Shown here one piece after another: positions 19,461 to 27,149 of a stretch of DNA of 58,610 nucleotides. Made by a program: the position numbers and the translations under genes. The stretch spans positions 1-58,610 of IMG/VR virus record IMGVR_UViG_3300049910_000050; one strand, written 5' to 3'. The notes beneath the pieces are model-generated. The model ran no database searches. It was given only the letters and a program-made list of their open reading frames with translations, and had not been told where the DNA came from. The DNA comes from a virus (taxonomy: Duplodnaviria; Caudoviricetes). How positions within the stretch are numbered: position 1 is the stretch's first letter; each line of letters opens with the position of its first letter.

Positions 19461-19660
19461 CGCGACACTCCGGCCAGCGTGCCCATCGTGATCTGGGGCT
19501 GATTCGGGACGATGTCGTCGGCGTTGTTCGAGAACGGGTGGTAGGCGCGCTGGCGGGCCATGAACGCCTCGGCGGTCTCGCGCACAGGCTGGGCGGGCCA
19601 GTTCAGGTCGATGGTCAGGTCGACGCCGGTGGCTGCCGGCGCGGTGGCTGGCTGGGTCAT
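19457..19660 (-). CDS. Hypothetical protein (67 aa)
   Basis: ATGA overlaps at both ends. Confidence 0.65.
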   Translation of the reverse strand: MTQPATAPAATGVDLTIDLNWPAQPVRETAEAFMARQRAYHPFSNNADDIVPNQPQITMGTLAGVSR

Positions 19661-20985
19661 ACAGCAGGTGCTCCTCCGAGAACGGCAGCCGCGCGGCCGT
19701 TGGTGTAGCTGGGCTGCAGCAGGGTAGACGGCGTGGTGTAAGAGTACGGGCAGTCCGAGATGAAGTGCCACTGCCCCGCGCCATAGCCGTCGAACACCCG
19801 GTCCTGCAGGAACGGCTGGGGGCTGCCCGGCGTGCCGAGCACGGTCAGCGCCAGGATGTTGTTGTACTCGTCGGGCACCCACAGCACGATGGCGGGCTTG
19901 CAGAAGCCGTAGCGGTCGTGCAGCGTGGGCCACGGACGCCAGTGCACAATCGCTCCGATGGCCAGCAAAGGTGATCCGTACGGATTGCCTGGCGGGCCCT
20001 GCGGGCCGCGCGGACCCTGGGGTCCGATGGGCCCCGGGGGGCCTGGCTCGCCCTGCGTGCCCTGCGCGCCAATGGGCCCCGGGACGCCCGCCGGACCCAT
20101 CGGCCCCACCGGGCCCGTGGCGCCCTCGGGACCCGTTGGTCCGGCGGGTCCCTGGATCGGACCCAGGTCGACCCACGGACCGCTGGTGGTTTCCCAGAAC
20201 CACAGGTGCATGGTGTCGCTGGCGACCCACGCGTCACCCTGCGTGTTGCCCGCAGTCGGCAGTTGCGCGGCGTCCGGCACCGAGCCCTTCAGGTTGATGC
20301 CGGTGCCCGCCGGACCCTGCGCGCCGGTCGCACCCTGCGGGCCCTGGGGGCCCATTGGCCCCGCTGGGCCAGTGTATCCCTGGGCTCCAGGCTGTCCCTG
20401 TGGGCCCGCTGGGCCAGCGGGACCAGGCTGACCCTGCGGTCCGATAGGGCCCTGCGCACCCGGGATGCCCTGTACGCCGGCGGGGCCCTGCGGCCCCACC
20501 GCGCCCTGCTGGCCTTGCGGTCCTGCGGGACCCACGGCACCCAGCGGCCCCTGCGGTCCCTGGGGGCCGACCGGGCCCTGGTCGCCTGGCGGGCCGACCT
20601 CGCCTTGCGGGCCTGGCTGGCCGGTGGCCCCGGTCAGGCCCTGGGGACCCTCGGGGCCCTGCGGGCCGGCCGGTCCCTGCGCGCCCTGGGGCCCGGTGGG
20701 ACCGACGTCGCCAGCCAGCCCGGGAGCGCCCTGCGGACCCTGCGGCCCGGTCGGCCCGGTGGGCCCCTGGGGACCGGTGATGTTGGTGCCGGTGTTGACC
20801 CAGACGCCGTTCTGCTTCTGCCACAGCGAGCCGTCGCTGCCCACCCACTGGTCGCCGTCCTGGCCGACTGCGGGGTCGGGGGGAACGCTCCCGACGTACC
20901 ACATCGAGGGCGGGACCGCGACCTGCATCGTGTCCCAGGTGGTGGTCGAGGTAATCGCGGCTTGGGGGTTAGGCGGCTGTGTCAC
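19657..20985 (-). CDS. Collagen-like fibre protein 2
   Basis: Long Gly-X-Y tracts with the same type of interrupting module as 16107..17687. Confidence 0.9.
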   Translation of the reverse strand: MTQPPNPQAAITSTTTWDTMQVAVPPSMWYVGSVPPDPAVGQDGDQWVGSDGSLWQKQNGVWVNTGTNITGPQGPTGPTGPQGPQGAPGLAGDVGPTGPQGAQGPAGPQGPEGPQGLTGATGQPGPQGEVGPPGDQGPVGPQGPQGPLGAVGPAGPQGQQGAVGPQGPAGVQGIPGAQGPIGPQGQPGPAGPAGPQGQPGAQGYTGPAGPMGPQGPQGATGAQGPAGTGINLKGSVPDAAQLPTAGNTQGDAWVASDTMHLWFWETTSGPWVDLGPIQGPAGPTGPEGATGPVGPMGPAGVPGPIGAQGTQGEPGPPGPIGPQGPRGPQGPPGNPYGSPLLAIGAIVHWRPWPTLHDRYGFCKPAIVLWVPDEYNNILALTVLGTPGSPQPFLQDRVFDGYGAGQWHFISDCPYSYTTPSTLLQPSYTNGRAAAVLGGAPAV

Positions 20986-20988
20986 GGA

Positions 20989-21129
20989 TTACCTCAGGTG
21001 CCGGATGGTCGTACGGCACCACCTTGAAGCGCAGGCCAGTAACATAATGACGAGTCCACACAAAATACCGGCTATAGAAATCAATGTGCCCCGCACACTG
21101 ACCTCGTAGCGGGGCACCGGTTCTTGCAC
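20989..21129 (-). CDS. Small membrane peptide (46 aa)
   Basis: [18 protein letters not shown] hydrophobic stretch; GGAG upstream; fills operon gap. Confidence 0.45.
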   Translation of the reverse strand: MQEPVPRYEVSVRGTLISIAGILCGLVIMLLACASRWCRTTIRHLR

Positions 21130-21150
21130 AGCGGTTCCAGGCTCCCAGGC

Positions 21151-21333
21151 TCAGCGAGATTTTCTCCGCGCGATCTTGCGCATGTTCTCGGCAAACACGG
21201 CGCGCTTCTTCTGTAGACCACCCTTGCTTTTCGCAGCGGCGATCTTCTTCGGGGTCGCGGCACCGAAGGCTCCCACGGTGCCCTTCTTCTCCATCTTGCG
21301 GGTGGCCGATTGAATCCACTTGCCACCGGCCAT
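21151..21333 (-). CDS. Small Lys-rich protein
   Basis: MAGGKWIQSA...KKIAAAKSKGGLQKKRAVFAENMRK, a type often seen near phage terminase genes. Confidence 0.8.
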   Translation of the reverse strand: MAGGKWIQSATRKMEKKGTVGAFGAATPKKIAAAKSKGGLQKKRAVFAENMRKIARRKSR

Positions 21334-21334
21334 G

Positions 21335-21538
21335 TTACGACTTCCGCTTGGAACGGGAATGCTTGGGGCACTTGCACCCGGGAGGGCAGCGCCGCCGGGA
21401 AGCCAGCACGGCGATGCCGAAGCGCGCCCGCGCGGGCGGCGGTGCAGACCGAGGGACCGCACCCCGGTCGCGCCGCTCCATGGGAGCCTTGAACGCGCCG
21501 CGTCCGCCAGCCTTGGGGGATGGTCCGCGTGGGCTCAT
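21335..21538 (-). CDS. Small Arg-rich protein with CxxxCxC tail
   Basis: 67 aa, ATGA-coupled. Confidence 0.6.
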   Translation of the reverse strand: MSPRGPSPKAGGRGAFKAPMERRDRGAVPRSAPPPARARFGIAVLASRRRCPPGCKCPKHSRSKRKS

Positions 21539-21801
21539 ACGGGGTACCTCCGTCCGTCAAAGGCTATCGCGGCGTTGGCCCACATGCGGGCTTCCTGCAG
21601 CTTGCGGATAGCCAGCGTGCGCTCCGCCGAGGCGGGGCAGTCGTTCAGGATCGCCTCGTAGCAGGCGTAGTGGAGCGCGCTCAGGTGCCGGTAGCGGCCG
21701 ATGACTTCGGGGTCGTCGGTGCCGATGTACTCCATCGGGTTGGAGATGGTCGTCGCGCCGTGCACAGCGGCTACGAGTTCGTCGCGGTCGCCTGTGCTCA
21801 C
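21535..21801 (-). CDS. Acb2/Tad1-like helical hairpin protein, candidate cyclic-nucleotide sponge
   Basis: CPASAERTLAIRKLQEARMWANAAIA fits the S-x-E-x-(S/T)LAI-x-KL(E/Q)EA-x-MWAN-x-x-IA pattern; GTGA-coupled start. Confidence 0.65.
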   Translation of the reverse strand: MSTGDRDELVAAVHGATTISNPMEYIGTDDPEVIGRYRHLSALHYACYEAILNDCPASAERTLAIRKLQEARMWANAAIAFDGRRYPV

Positions 21802-22460
21802 GCGGCGCTCTCCTCCAGGGCGTGGCGCACATCCTTGACGATCACGTGCCAGACCTCCAGATAGGTGGTGCCGAGATGGCGCTCCACGATGCGCAGCACC
21901 TCCTCCACGGCGTCGCGCGTCTCGCGGGAGATGCTTTCCGACTTCATGCTCTCGGTGTACTTCTGCAACTGGTTGATGTAGCCCAGCAACTGGTTGTTCA
22001 GGTTGGAGTGCTCGCTGGGAGTAAAGTCGCGACCCGAAGATTCCATCGCTTTCAGCCGGAGATGCAGGTTGGCCACGCGCTCGCACAGCAGGTCGTAGTG
22101 CGGCCCGCCGCCGTCGAACTGCGCCTTGAGGGCCTCCGTCAGTTCGGCGTTGCTGGCGGGGGTCTCCAGGCGGGCCTTGCGCACAGCCTGTGAGAGGTCC
22201 GACGCCTGGCCGGATATCTCGTACCAGCGGCGGTAGGCGTTGCGGATGTTCTTGCGGGCAAGCTCCACGCCATCGGGGTCGAGCGTCGGGTCGATCTCGG
22301 CTTCGAGGCGGCACGCCTCGTCCCACTCTTCCCTGGCGCGCTCCTCGGCGCGCAGCACGAGGTTCAGCCGGTAGACGGGGTCGACGGCTGCTGAGGAGAG
22401 CACCGGCGGGCCGCCGCCAGGTGTATGGGAGTGTCCGTTGCGCCCAGGGAAGTCGAGCAC
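21798..22460 (-). CDS. Helical protein, candidate terminase small subunit
   Basis: First gene of the late operon, 220 aa, coiled-coil-like; functional call is positional only. Confidence 0.45.
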   Translation of the reverse strand: MLDFPGRNGHSHTPGGGPPVLSSAAVDPVYRLNLVLRAEERAREEWDEACRLEAEIDPTLDPDGVELARKNIRNAYRRWYEISGQASDLSQAVRKARLETPASNAELTEALKAQFDGGGPHYDLLCERVANLHLRLKAMESSGRDFTPSEHSNLNNQLLGYINQLQKYTESMKSESISRETRDAVEEVLRIVERHLGTTYLEVWHVIVKDVRHALEESAA

Positions 22461-22679
22461 ATCAGGAGACTACCACAGCCGTGGCGGGATGGATAGACGC
22501 GCGCGATAGGGCCACCCGGTATGCAACAGCGGGGGGCCCTACCGCATGGGTGTGGTGATCCCCCTGCCAGAGGATCAGGTAAAGGTTAGAGGACGGACGC
22601 GGGAAAGCGAGCCTTGTTGCCGGAAATGTTATGGAAAGGGTAGGCTAGGAGGTACCCCCTGCCGGAGGAGTTGGAGAAC

Positions 22680-22883
22680 ATGATTCGCAAAGGCTCTATC
22701 GACGGCCTCATCGAAGAGGTCGGAGACGCGGAACTGCTGGAACTGGCGCTCGAAGATTACGAGCGCTCGATGCGACGGGAACGGTCATCCCGCAAGGACT
22801 ACGTCCTGGGCTGGCTCGCGGCCTGGCGCAGGGCCGCAGGCGTCCGGAACGCGTCGGAAGTGGATTTGACACTGGCGGTTTAG
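22680..22883 (+). CDS. Hypothetical protein
   Basis: GGAG RBS; ends DYVLGWL, similar to DYAIGWL in the next gene. Confidence 0.7.
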   Translation: MIRKGSIDGLIEEVGDAELLELALEDYERSMRRERSSRKDYVLGWLAAWRRAAGVRNASEVDLTLAV

Positions 22884-22894
22884 TCTGTTATACT
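22866..22894 (+). promoter_or_regulatory. Sigma70/SigA-type promoter
   Basis: TTGACA-N17-TATACT with TGn extension. Confidence 0.85.
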
Positions 22895-22927
22895 GGTCCG
22901 GAAAATCTCGAAAGGGAGGGCCAGTGA

Positions 22928-23668
22928 ATGAGTCCCTTGATGCGCAAGGTCAACGGCGTGCTGCAGGTCCAGCAAGCTGACGGTTCATGGGTGAACAAAG
23001 ACGATGCTCCGGCTCAGCAGGAGCAGGGTACGAGCACTCTCAAAGATGAGCTTGATTCGCTTTTTTCCAAGGATGTAGGCGAAGCAACAGCGCCGGAGCA
23101 CAGCCATGCCAAAACACGGGTTGCTCAAAAACATAGTCACCCTAGCACCCCCACTGACGGTAGTGGTGGTCGGAACGGGAACGAGACGGATGTAGCCGAG
23201 CTTGACATCGGTGAGGTTCCAGGGCTGCTCTCCGACGAGGGTCCGAAGAGCACATCGGGTAAGGGCAGGCTACAGGTGCTCAGGGATCGGGTGAAGGGCA
23301 AGCGTACGGGCTCGCGGGTCACTGGCAGGGTGGCGCGGCCCAGGCTCGTGGTGGTGCCCGAGAAAGATGTGCAGGTCGAAGGCCCGGATGCACAGGGCAG
23401 TAGGTTGTCCAGGGTCGGACCTGGGCGGCGTTCTGTGCCGATCAAGGAAGCGCCGTCGCTGCTGGAGGACCGGCCCCAGTGGGTGAAGGACCTGTTCGAG
23501 GCCCACTTCAGGAGCGAGCTTGCGTACAGGCTCAGGCACCTGCCCTCGGGAACGAGCGGTAAGAACCGGATGAAGCTCAGTCGGGCGGACTACGCCATCG
23601 GCTGGCTGGTGATGTTCGACAAGGCCCGCGAGGACCCGGGCATACTGCGAGTCAAGGGTGGGGTATAG
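22928..23668 (+). CDS. Hypothetical protein
   Basis: 246 aa, GGGAGG RBS, downstream of promoter. Confidence 0.8.
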   Translation: MSPLMRKVNGVLQVQQADGSWVNKDDAPAQQEQGTSTLKDELDSLFSKDVGEATAPEHSHAKTRVAQKHSHPSTPTDGSGGRNGNETDVAELDIGEVPGLLSDEGPKSTSGKGRLQVLRDRVKGKRTGSRVTGRVARPRLVVVPEKDVQVEGPDAQGSRLSRVGPGRRSVPIKEAPSLLEDRPQWVKDLFEAHFRSELAYRLRHLPSGTSGKNRMKLSRADYAIGWLVMFDKAREDPGILRVKGGV

Positions 23669-23930
23669 GTACTTCGCCCTGTGGCTGTCCAGGCGGCTCA
23701 TCAGGTACGGCGTCGGGCTCGCCGTGGCCTGGTGGGTCGGCACAGCCTGGGGCAATGGTAGCTGGGCGTGGGACTGGATCGTGTTCCGGTGCCTCGTGTG
23801 GTGGCTGTGGTTCTGGGTGATCTGCATGGTCGAGCAGTTCCTGTGGATCGGCTGGAAGTGGGCCGACTGGTATCGGCTAGGTTGGGATGGCGATTTGGGG
23901 GTGTTAGGCTCGCTTTTCCAAGAGCACTAA
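23658..23930 (+). CDS. Trp-rich membrane protein
   Basis: 90 aa with 16 Trp and two hydrophobic segments. Confidence 0.6.
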   Translation: MGYRYFALWLSRRLIRYGVGLAVAWWVGTAWGNGSWAWDWIVFRCLVWWLWFWVICMVEQFLWIGWKWADWYRLGWDGDLGVLGSLFQEH

Positions 23931-24078
23931 TCACAACCGGGACCCCCTCATGGAGAAGTGCCCGAATCGCGCCCCAGCGCACTGCCCGGCCCACGCGGGG
24001 GGAGAGCCCCCCCACCCGGGGGCCGGCCGCAGGCCCGCCCCCGGGGGCCGCGCCAGCCGTACAAGCGCCGTGGCGCGG

Positions 24079-24129
24079 AAATGCGAACGTGATTCACCTT
24101 TGTGAAAATGCGAACGCGAGTCGCGTTTG
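24079..24129 (+). repeat. Tandem 24-bp imperfect repeat with internal dyad (27-bp period)
   Basis: aaatgcgaacgtgattcacctttg / aaatgcgaacgcgagtcgcgtttg, 20/24 identical. Confidence 0.8.
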
Positions 24130-24311
24130 GTCTGTGGGGAATATCCCTACACTCCACCCGGCCAAAGGTATCGGCTTCATACGGTACCTGCGTACGGTGT
24201 GACCAGGCGTGCACCGTGGCATTATGTAGTTGTCGAGAGCGACGGGGACCGCCCCCAGGAGACGCGGGAACCGCCACTCGGAACGGACACTTTGAGGAGG
24301 ACGAAGCCGCA

Positions 24312-24749
24312 ATGGCAACGTTCAACACGCCCCGCGCGGACTGGGCAAAAGTCACGCGAATCGCGCTCACCGTCGACGCAGCGGCGTCGACTGGCAAGGA
24401 GCATGTGTACCTCGACATCTTCGAGGGCGACGTCCGCGCCGAGCGGAAGTATCTCTGCCCGTTGCGGCTGGACGCCGTCGACATGCTGGGCAGCAGCATG
24501 GCGGGCATGCTGGCAACGCTCAAAGAACTGCGCGCACGGCTCGCGCAGCCGACCGCCAGCGCCGTGACGCCCGAAGCGCTCATGGCCTTCATCGCGGGCA
24601 TGACGCCCGAGCAACGCGCCGCGCTGGGCATCGCGCCAGCCACGCCTGCGCCGTCCGCGCAGAAACCCAAAGCGACCGCCAAACCCACGGCGACCGCGCC
24701 GAGCGCCAGCGCTGAGGATGCGCTGGCCACGTTGCCCGACTGGGCCTAG
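24312..24749 (+). CDS. Hypothetical early protein
   Basis: CTTTGAGGAGG RBS 11 nt before ATG; Ala/Pro/Thr-rich tail ending LPDWA. Confidence 0.8.
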   Translation: MATFNTPRADWAKVTRIALTVDAAASTGKEHVYLDIFEGDVRAERKYLCPLRLDAVDMLGSSMAGMLATLKELRARLAQPTASAVTPEALMAFIAGMTPEQRAALGIAPATPAPSAQKPKATAKPTATAPSASAEDALATLPDWA

Positions 24750-24753
24750 TCGA

Positions 24754-24773
24754 GCGGGCCCGCAAGGGCCCGC
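24754..24773 (+). other. Intergenic GNRA-capped hairpin
   Basis: gcgggccc-GCAA-gggcccgc, no U tract. Confidence 0.7.
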
Positions 24774-24805
24774 GCCACTCAACGCACACCTTGAGGAGGA
24801 TGCGC

Positions 24806-25294
24806 GTGCAGCTAATCAAACATCGTTCAGGCGGCGTCGACATCGGGTCGGAGCTATGCGAGAAGCTCGCGGAGCTAGAGTCGCGCGTGCGCGAACTGGA
24901 GTCGCGCGAGTACAAACTCATCGAGCGCATCGACGCGCTGCAGCACAACGGTTTAGCTCCGGCGAGCGCGCGCGGGTCGGTCGAGCAAGCGCTCGATAAT
25001 CCCGAGCGCAAGGCGGGCCCGATTCTCGTCGCGCTCTCCGTCGAAATGGGCGGCAGCCCAGCGGAGCGCTCGATTCGCGAGGCGCTCAAGCTCGCGGTAC
25101 ACACTGAGGCGGGGCGCGCCTACGCCGTCTCGATTGGCGTGCTGGGCCCCGAGGAGAGCCCGACCACCAGCTACACGTTCGCGCGCTACGCGGCGGAGGC
25201 GCGCCCAGGCGCGAACCGCTGGGGCGCACCGCTCACCCGACGCGTGCACAGCATGCTCGACGCGGCGGGATTCAATCCGAGCGGGCCACGTTAG
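24806..25294 (+). CDS. Hypothetical early protein with coiled-coil N-terminus
   Basis: CCTTGAGGAGG 6 nt before GTG. Confidence 0.75.
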   Translation: MQLIKHRSGGVDIGSELCEKLAELESRVRELESREYKLIERIDALQHNGLAPASARGSVEQALDNPERKAGPILVALSVEMGGSPAERSIREALKLAVHTEAGRAYAVSIGVLGPEESPTTSYTFARYAAEARPGANRWGAPLTRRVHSMLDAAGFNPSGPR

Positions 25295-25431
25295 TGGCCC
25301 GCGAGGGACGCCTGCAGCGCTCGCGCGAACGCGAGCGGCTGCTGGCCAGGCGCTCCGCACAGCGCAGTAAGGACCAGCGCGAGTACCGCGAGCGCGCGCG
25401 CCGGTTGGTGACGTGGAGCAGGAGCCGCTAG
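25294..25431 (+). CDS. Arg-rich peptide (45 aa)
   Basis: TAGTG overlap; MAREGRLQRSRERERLLARR... Confidence 0.45.
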   Translation: MAREGRLQRSRERERLLARRSAQRSKDQREYRERARRLVTWSRSR

Positions 25432-25813
25432 GCTCCTCGTTCCCCGGGGCACGGCCCCGGGGGTGCGCGCCAAGCTTATCCGCGCTGCGCTGTGGCGCAG
25501 CGTTGCTGCCCGGCTTTTGCCGGGCTGCAGCGCTTCGCTGCGCAGAGCTACGCTGGCTGCCGGCGATAGCCGGCACGCCGTGCGCGCGCGACCGGGCCGG
25601 GCCGGCCGATACGCCGCGCTGTGGTCGCGAGCTTGTAGTACAGGGCACCTGGGCCCGCTTTTGAACTACCGGGCCGATCAGGATGCCCTCTAAGATGGTG
25701 TTATCACCCACTCAACCTTGTGCTAAGCAAGGGCCCTATCCGAGGGCGAACGCCCTTACGGGTGCCCTTGCATAGCACTGCGTGTCGTGCGTGATAACAC
25801 CAGATTTGAGGGC
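25420..25813. ncRNA. Putative structured RNA or ssDNA element (hairpin array plus 129-nt rod)
   Basis: Six back-to-back perfect 6-9 bp hairpins in 25420..25575 and a long imperfect inverted repeat 25685..25813; no convincing ORF. Confidence 0.5.
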
Positions 25814-25843
25814 TTGACAGTAAGGGCACTGTGCCCTTACACT
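25814..25843 (+). promoter_or_regulatory. Promoter with perfect 21-bp palindromic operator in the spacer
   Basis: TTGACA-N18-TACACT; gtaagggcac-t-gtgcccttac at 25820..25840. Confidence 0.75.
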
Positions 25844-25851
25844 CCCTGTCT

Positions 25852-26760
25852 ATGAACTCGATCCCCCTGCCTCCGCCGGTCCCGACTGGACCGGTAGCGC
25901 CCTTAGCTACGATGGTTGGAGATTCCCGCGCTCGCCAGCTTGCTAGCGAGAACCGCACCCTGGCCATCGCTACGCTCCGCATAGCCCAGTACATCCAGCC
26001 GCTTGACGACAACCACGGTCGAGTCCACCTGCTGTGGACCGGGCCGGTCCGTCCCAGGACGGCTCAGCCGATGATTCACCGCTGGCTCGGGCACAAGAAC
26101 GTCTCCGCGCATCGCGCTCTCTGGGAAGCTTGCTACGGCGAGGAGCCGCATGGCTACCCACGCCGGCTAGACGAGTGCGCCTACGAGATGTGCGTGAGCC
26201 CCCGGTGCTTCACCGTGGCCACGCCGCTGGAGCCCGCCAACCTGCCCGAGAGCATGACGCGCGGGCAGCGCATCGACCTCGACGGCGAGCCGATCAAGGA
26301 CTACAAGGTGCAGGCCGGCGCGCTGGTGGGTGCGCCCAACTTTCAGGAGGTCTACATCTTCCGAGCGAACACGCTCAACAACGAGCTTCTCAAGCTTGCC
26401 TGCAAGGATGGCGGGCACCAGATCGTGGTGCCCACGTGCCCCAACGGGCACCCCATCTACCGGTGGATGGACGACTGGGCGCAGCACATCGGGGAGCGCT
26501 TCCGATGCCAGATGTGCTCCCGGATCATGCGCTTCATCAAGAGCGTGCGAGGCTGGCAGCCGCGTCCCAGCTTCCGGCCTATGACCGGCGCGAGGCTGAG
26601 CCTGGCGGCGCAGACGCAGCAGATGATGGACGGCCTGCCGCACGCAAACAAGGACGATCCCTGGGGCGATGAGGAGCTAAGCGACGAGGAGTTCGCGGCG
26701 CAGACGCTGGCTCAGCTTCGAGAGATCGAGGAGAGGCAGGACAACCAGCCGGACGAGTGA
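25852..26760 (+). CDS. Degenerate HNH-like/zinc-finger protein, probably near-leaderless
   Basis: LWTG...SAHRALWEACYG...C...CVSP, CPNGHP, CQMC; ATG 8 nt after the -10 box with no SD. Confidence 0.7.
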   Translation: MNSIPLPPPVPTGPVAPLATMVGDSRARQLASENRTLAIATLRIAQYIQPLDDNHGRVHLLWTGPVRPRTAQPMIHRWLGHKNVSAHRALWEACYGEEPHGYPRRLDECAYEMCVSPRCFTVATPLEPANLPESMTRGQRIDLDGEPIKDYKVQAGALVGAPNFQEVYIFRANTLNNELLKLACKDGGHQIVVPTCPNGHPIYRWMDDWAQHIGERFRCQMCSRIMRFIKSVRGWQPRPSFRPMTGARLSLAAQTQQMMDGLPHANKDDPWGDEELSDEEFAAQTLAQLREIEERQDNQPDE

Positions 26761-26761
26761 C

Positions 26762-26790
26762 TTGACAGTCGACACCTGATCGGATACACT
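26762..26790 (+). promoter_or_regulatory. Sigma70-type promoter
   Basis: TTGACA-N17-TACACT. Confidence 0.85.
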
Positions 26791-26846
26791 GTCCACGTCG
26801 ATCCCAGAGCGGACCGACAATCCCGAACCTTGAGGAGGTAGCAGGG

Positions 26847-27149
26847 ATGGATGAGGGTCCGATGACCCTGAGCGAGGCGCGCGCGCTGGAGCAATCGCTG
26901 CGCGCCAACTTCGAGCCGTGCGACGTCGACTGGGCGTATCGCCAGGCGTACATGGACAGGACGCAGCTTGCTGCGTTCGCAGGCGAGCACATTCCCACGT
27001 GTCCGCTGTGTGCCTACATGAGCCACCTGCACGAACCAGAGCGCTCGCGGCTCGTGTTCTACCGGCGAGACGCCGCGCGTCTCAAATCCGAGGAGCATGG
27101 CCCCGATGGGCCGCCCACTCCGCCAGCCATGACGCGGCTGCCCTACTGA
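26847..27149 (+). CDS. Hypothetical protein
   Basis: CCTTGAGGAGG RBS; H-x-x-x-CPLC motif. Confidence 0.8.
   Translation: MDEGPMTLSEARALEQSLRANFEPCDVDWAYRQAYMDRTQLAAFAGEHIPTCPLCAYMSHLHEPERSRLVFYRRDAARLKSEEHGPDGPPTPPAMTRLPY

Noticed and set aside
16107-20985. Collagen DNA repeats as a DGR or variable cassette
   Set aside because: Codon-level Gly-X-Y periodicity only; no reverse transcriptase, TR/VR pair or invertase seen
24079-25635. CRISPR mini-array
   Set aside because: Only two repeat units 3 nt apart; the downstream hairpins share no repeated sequence
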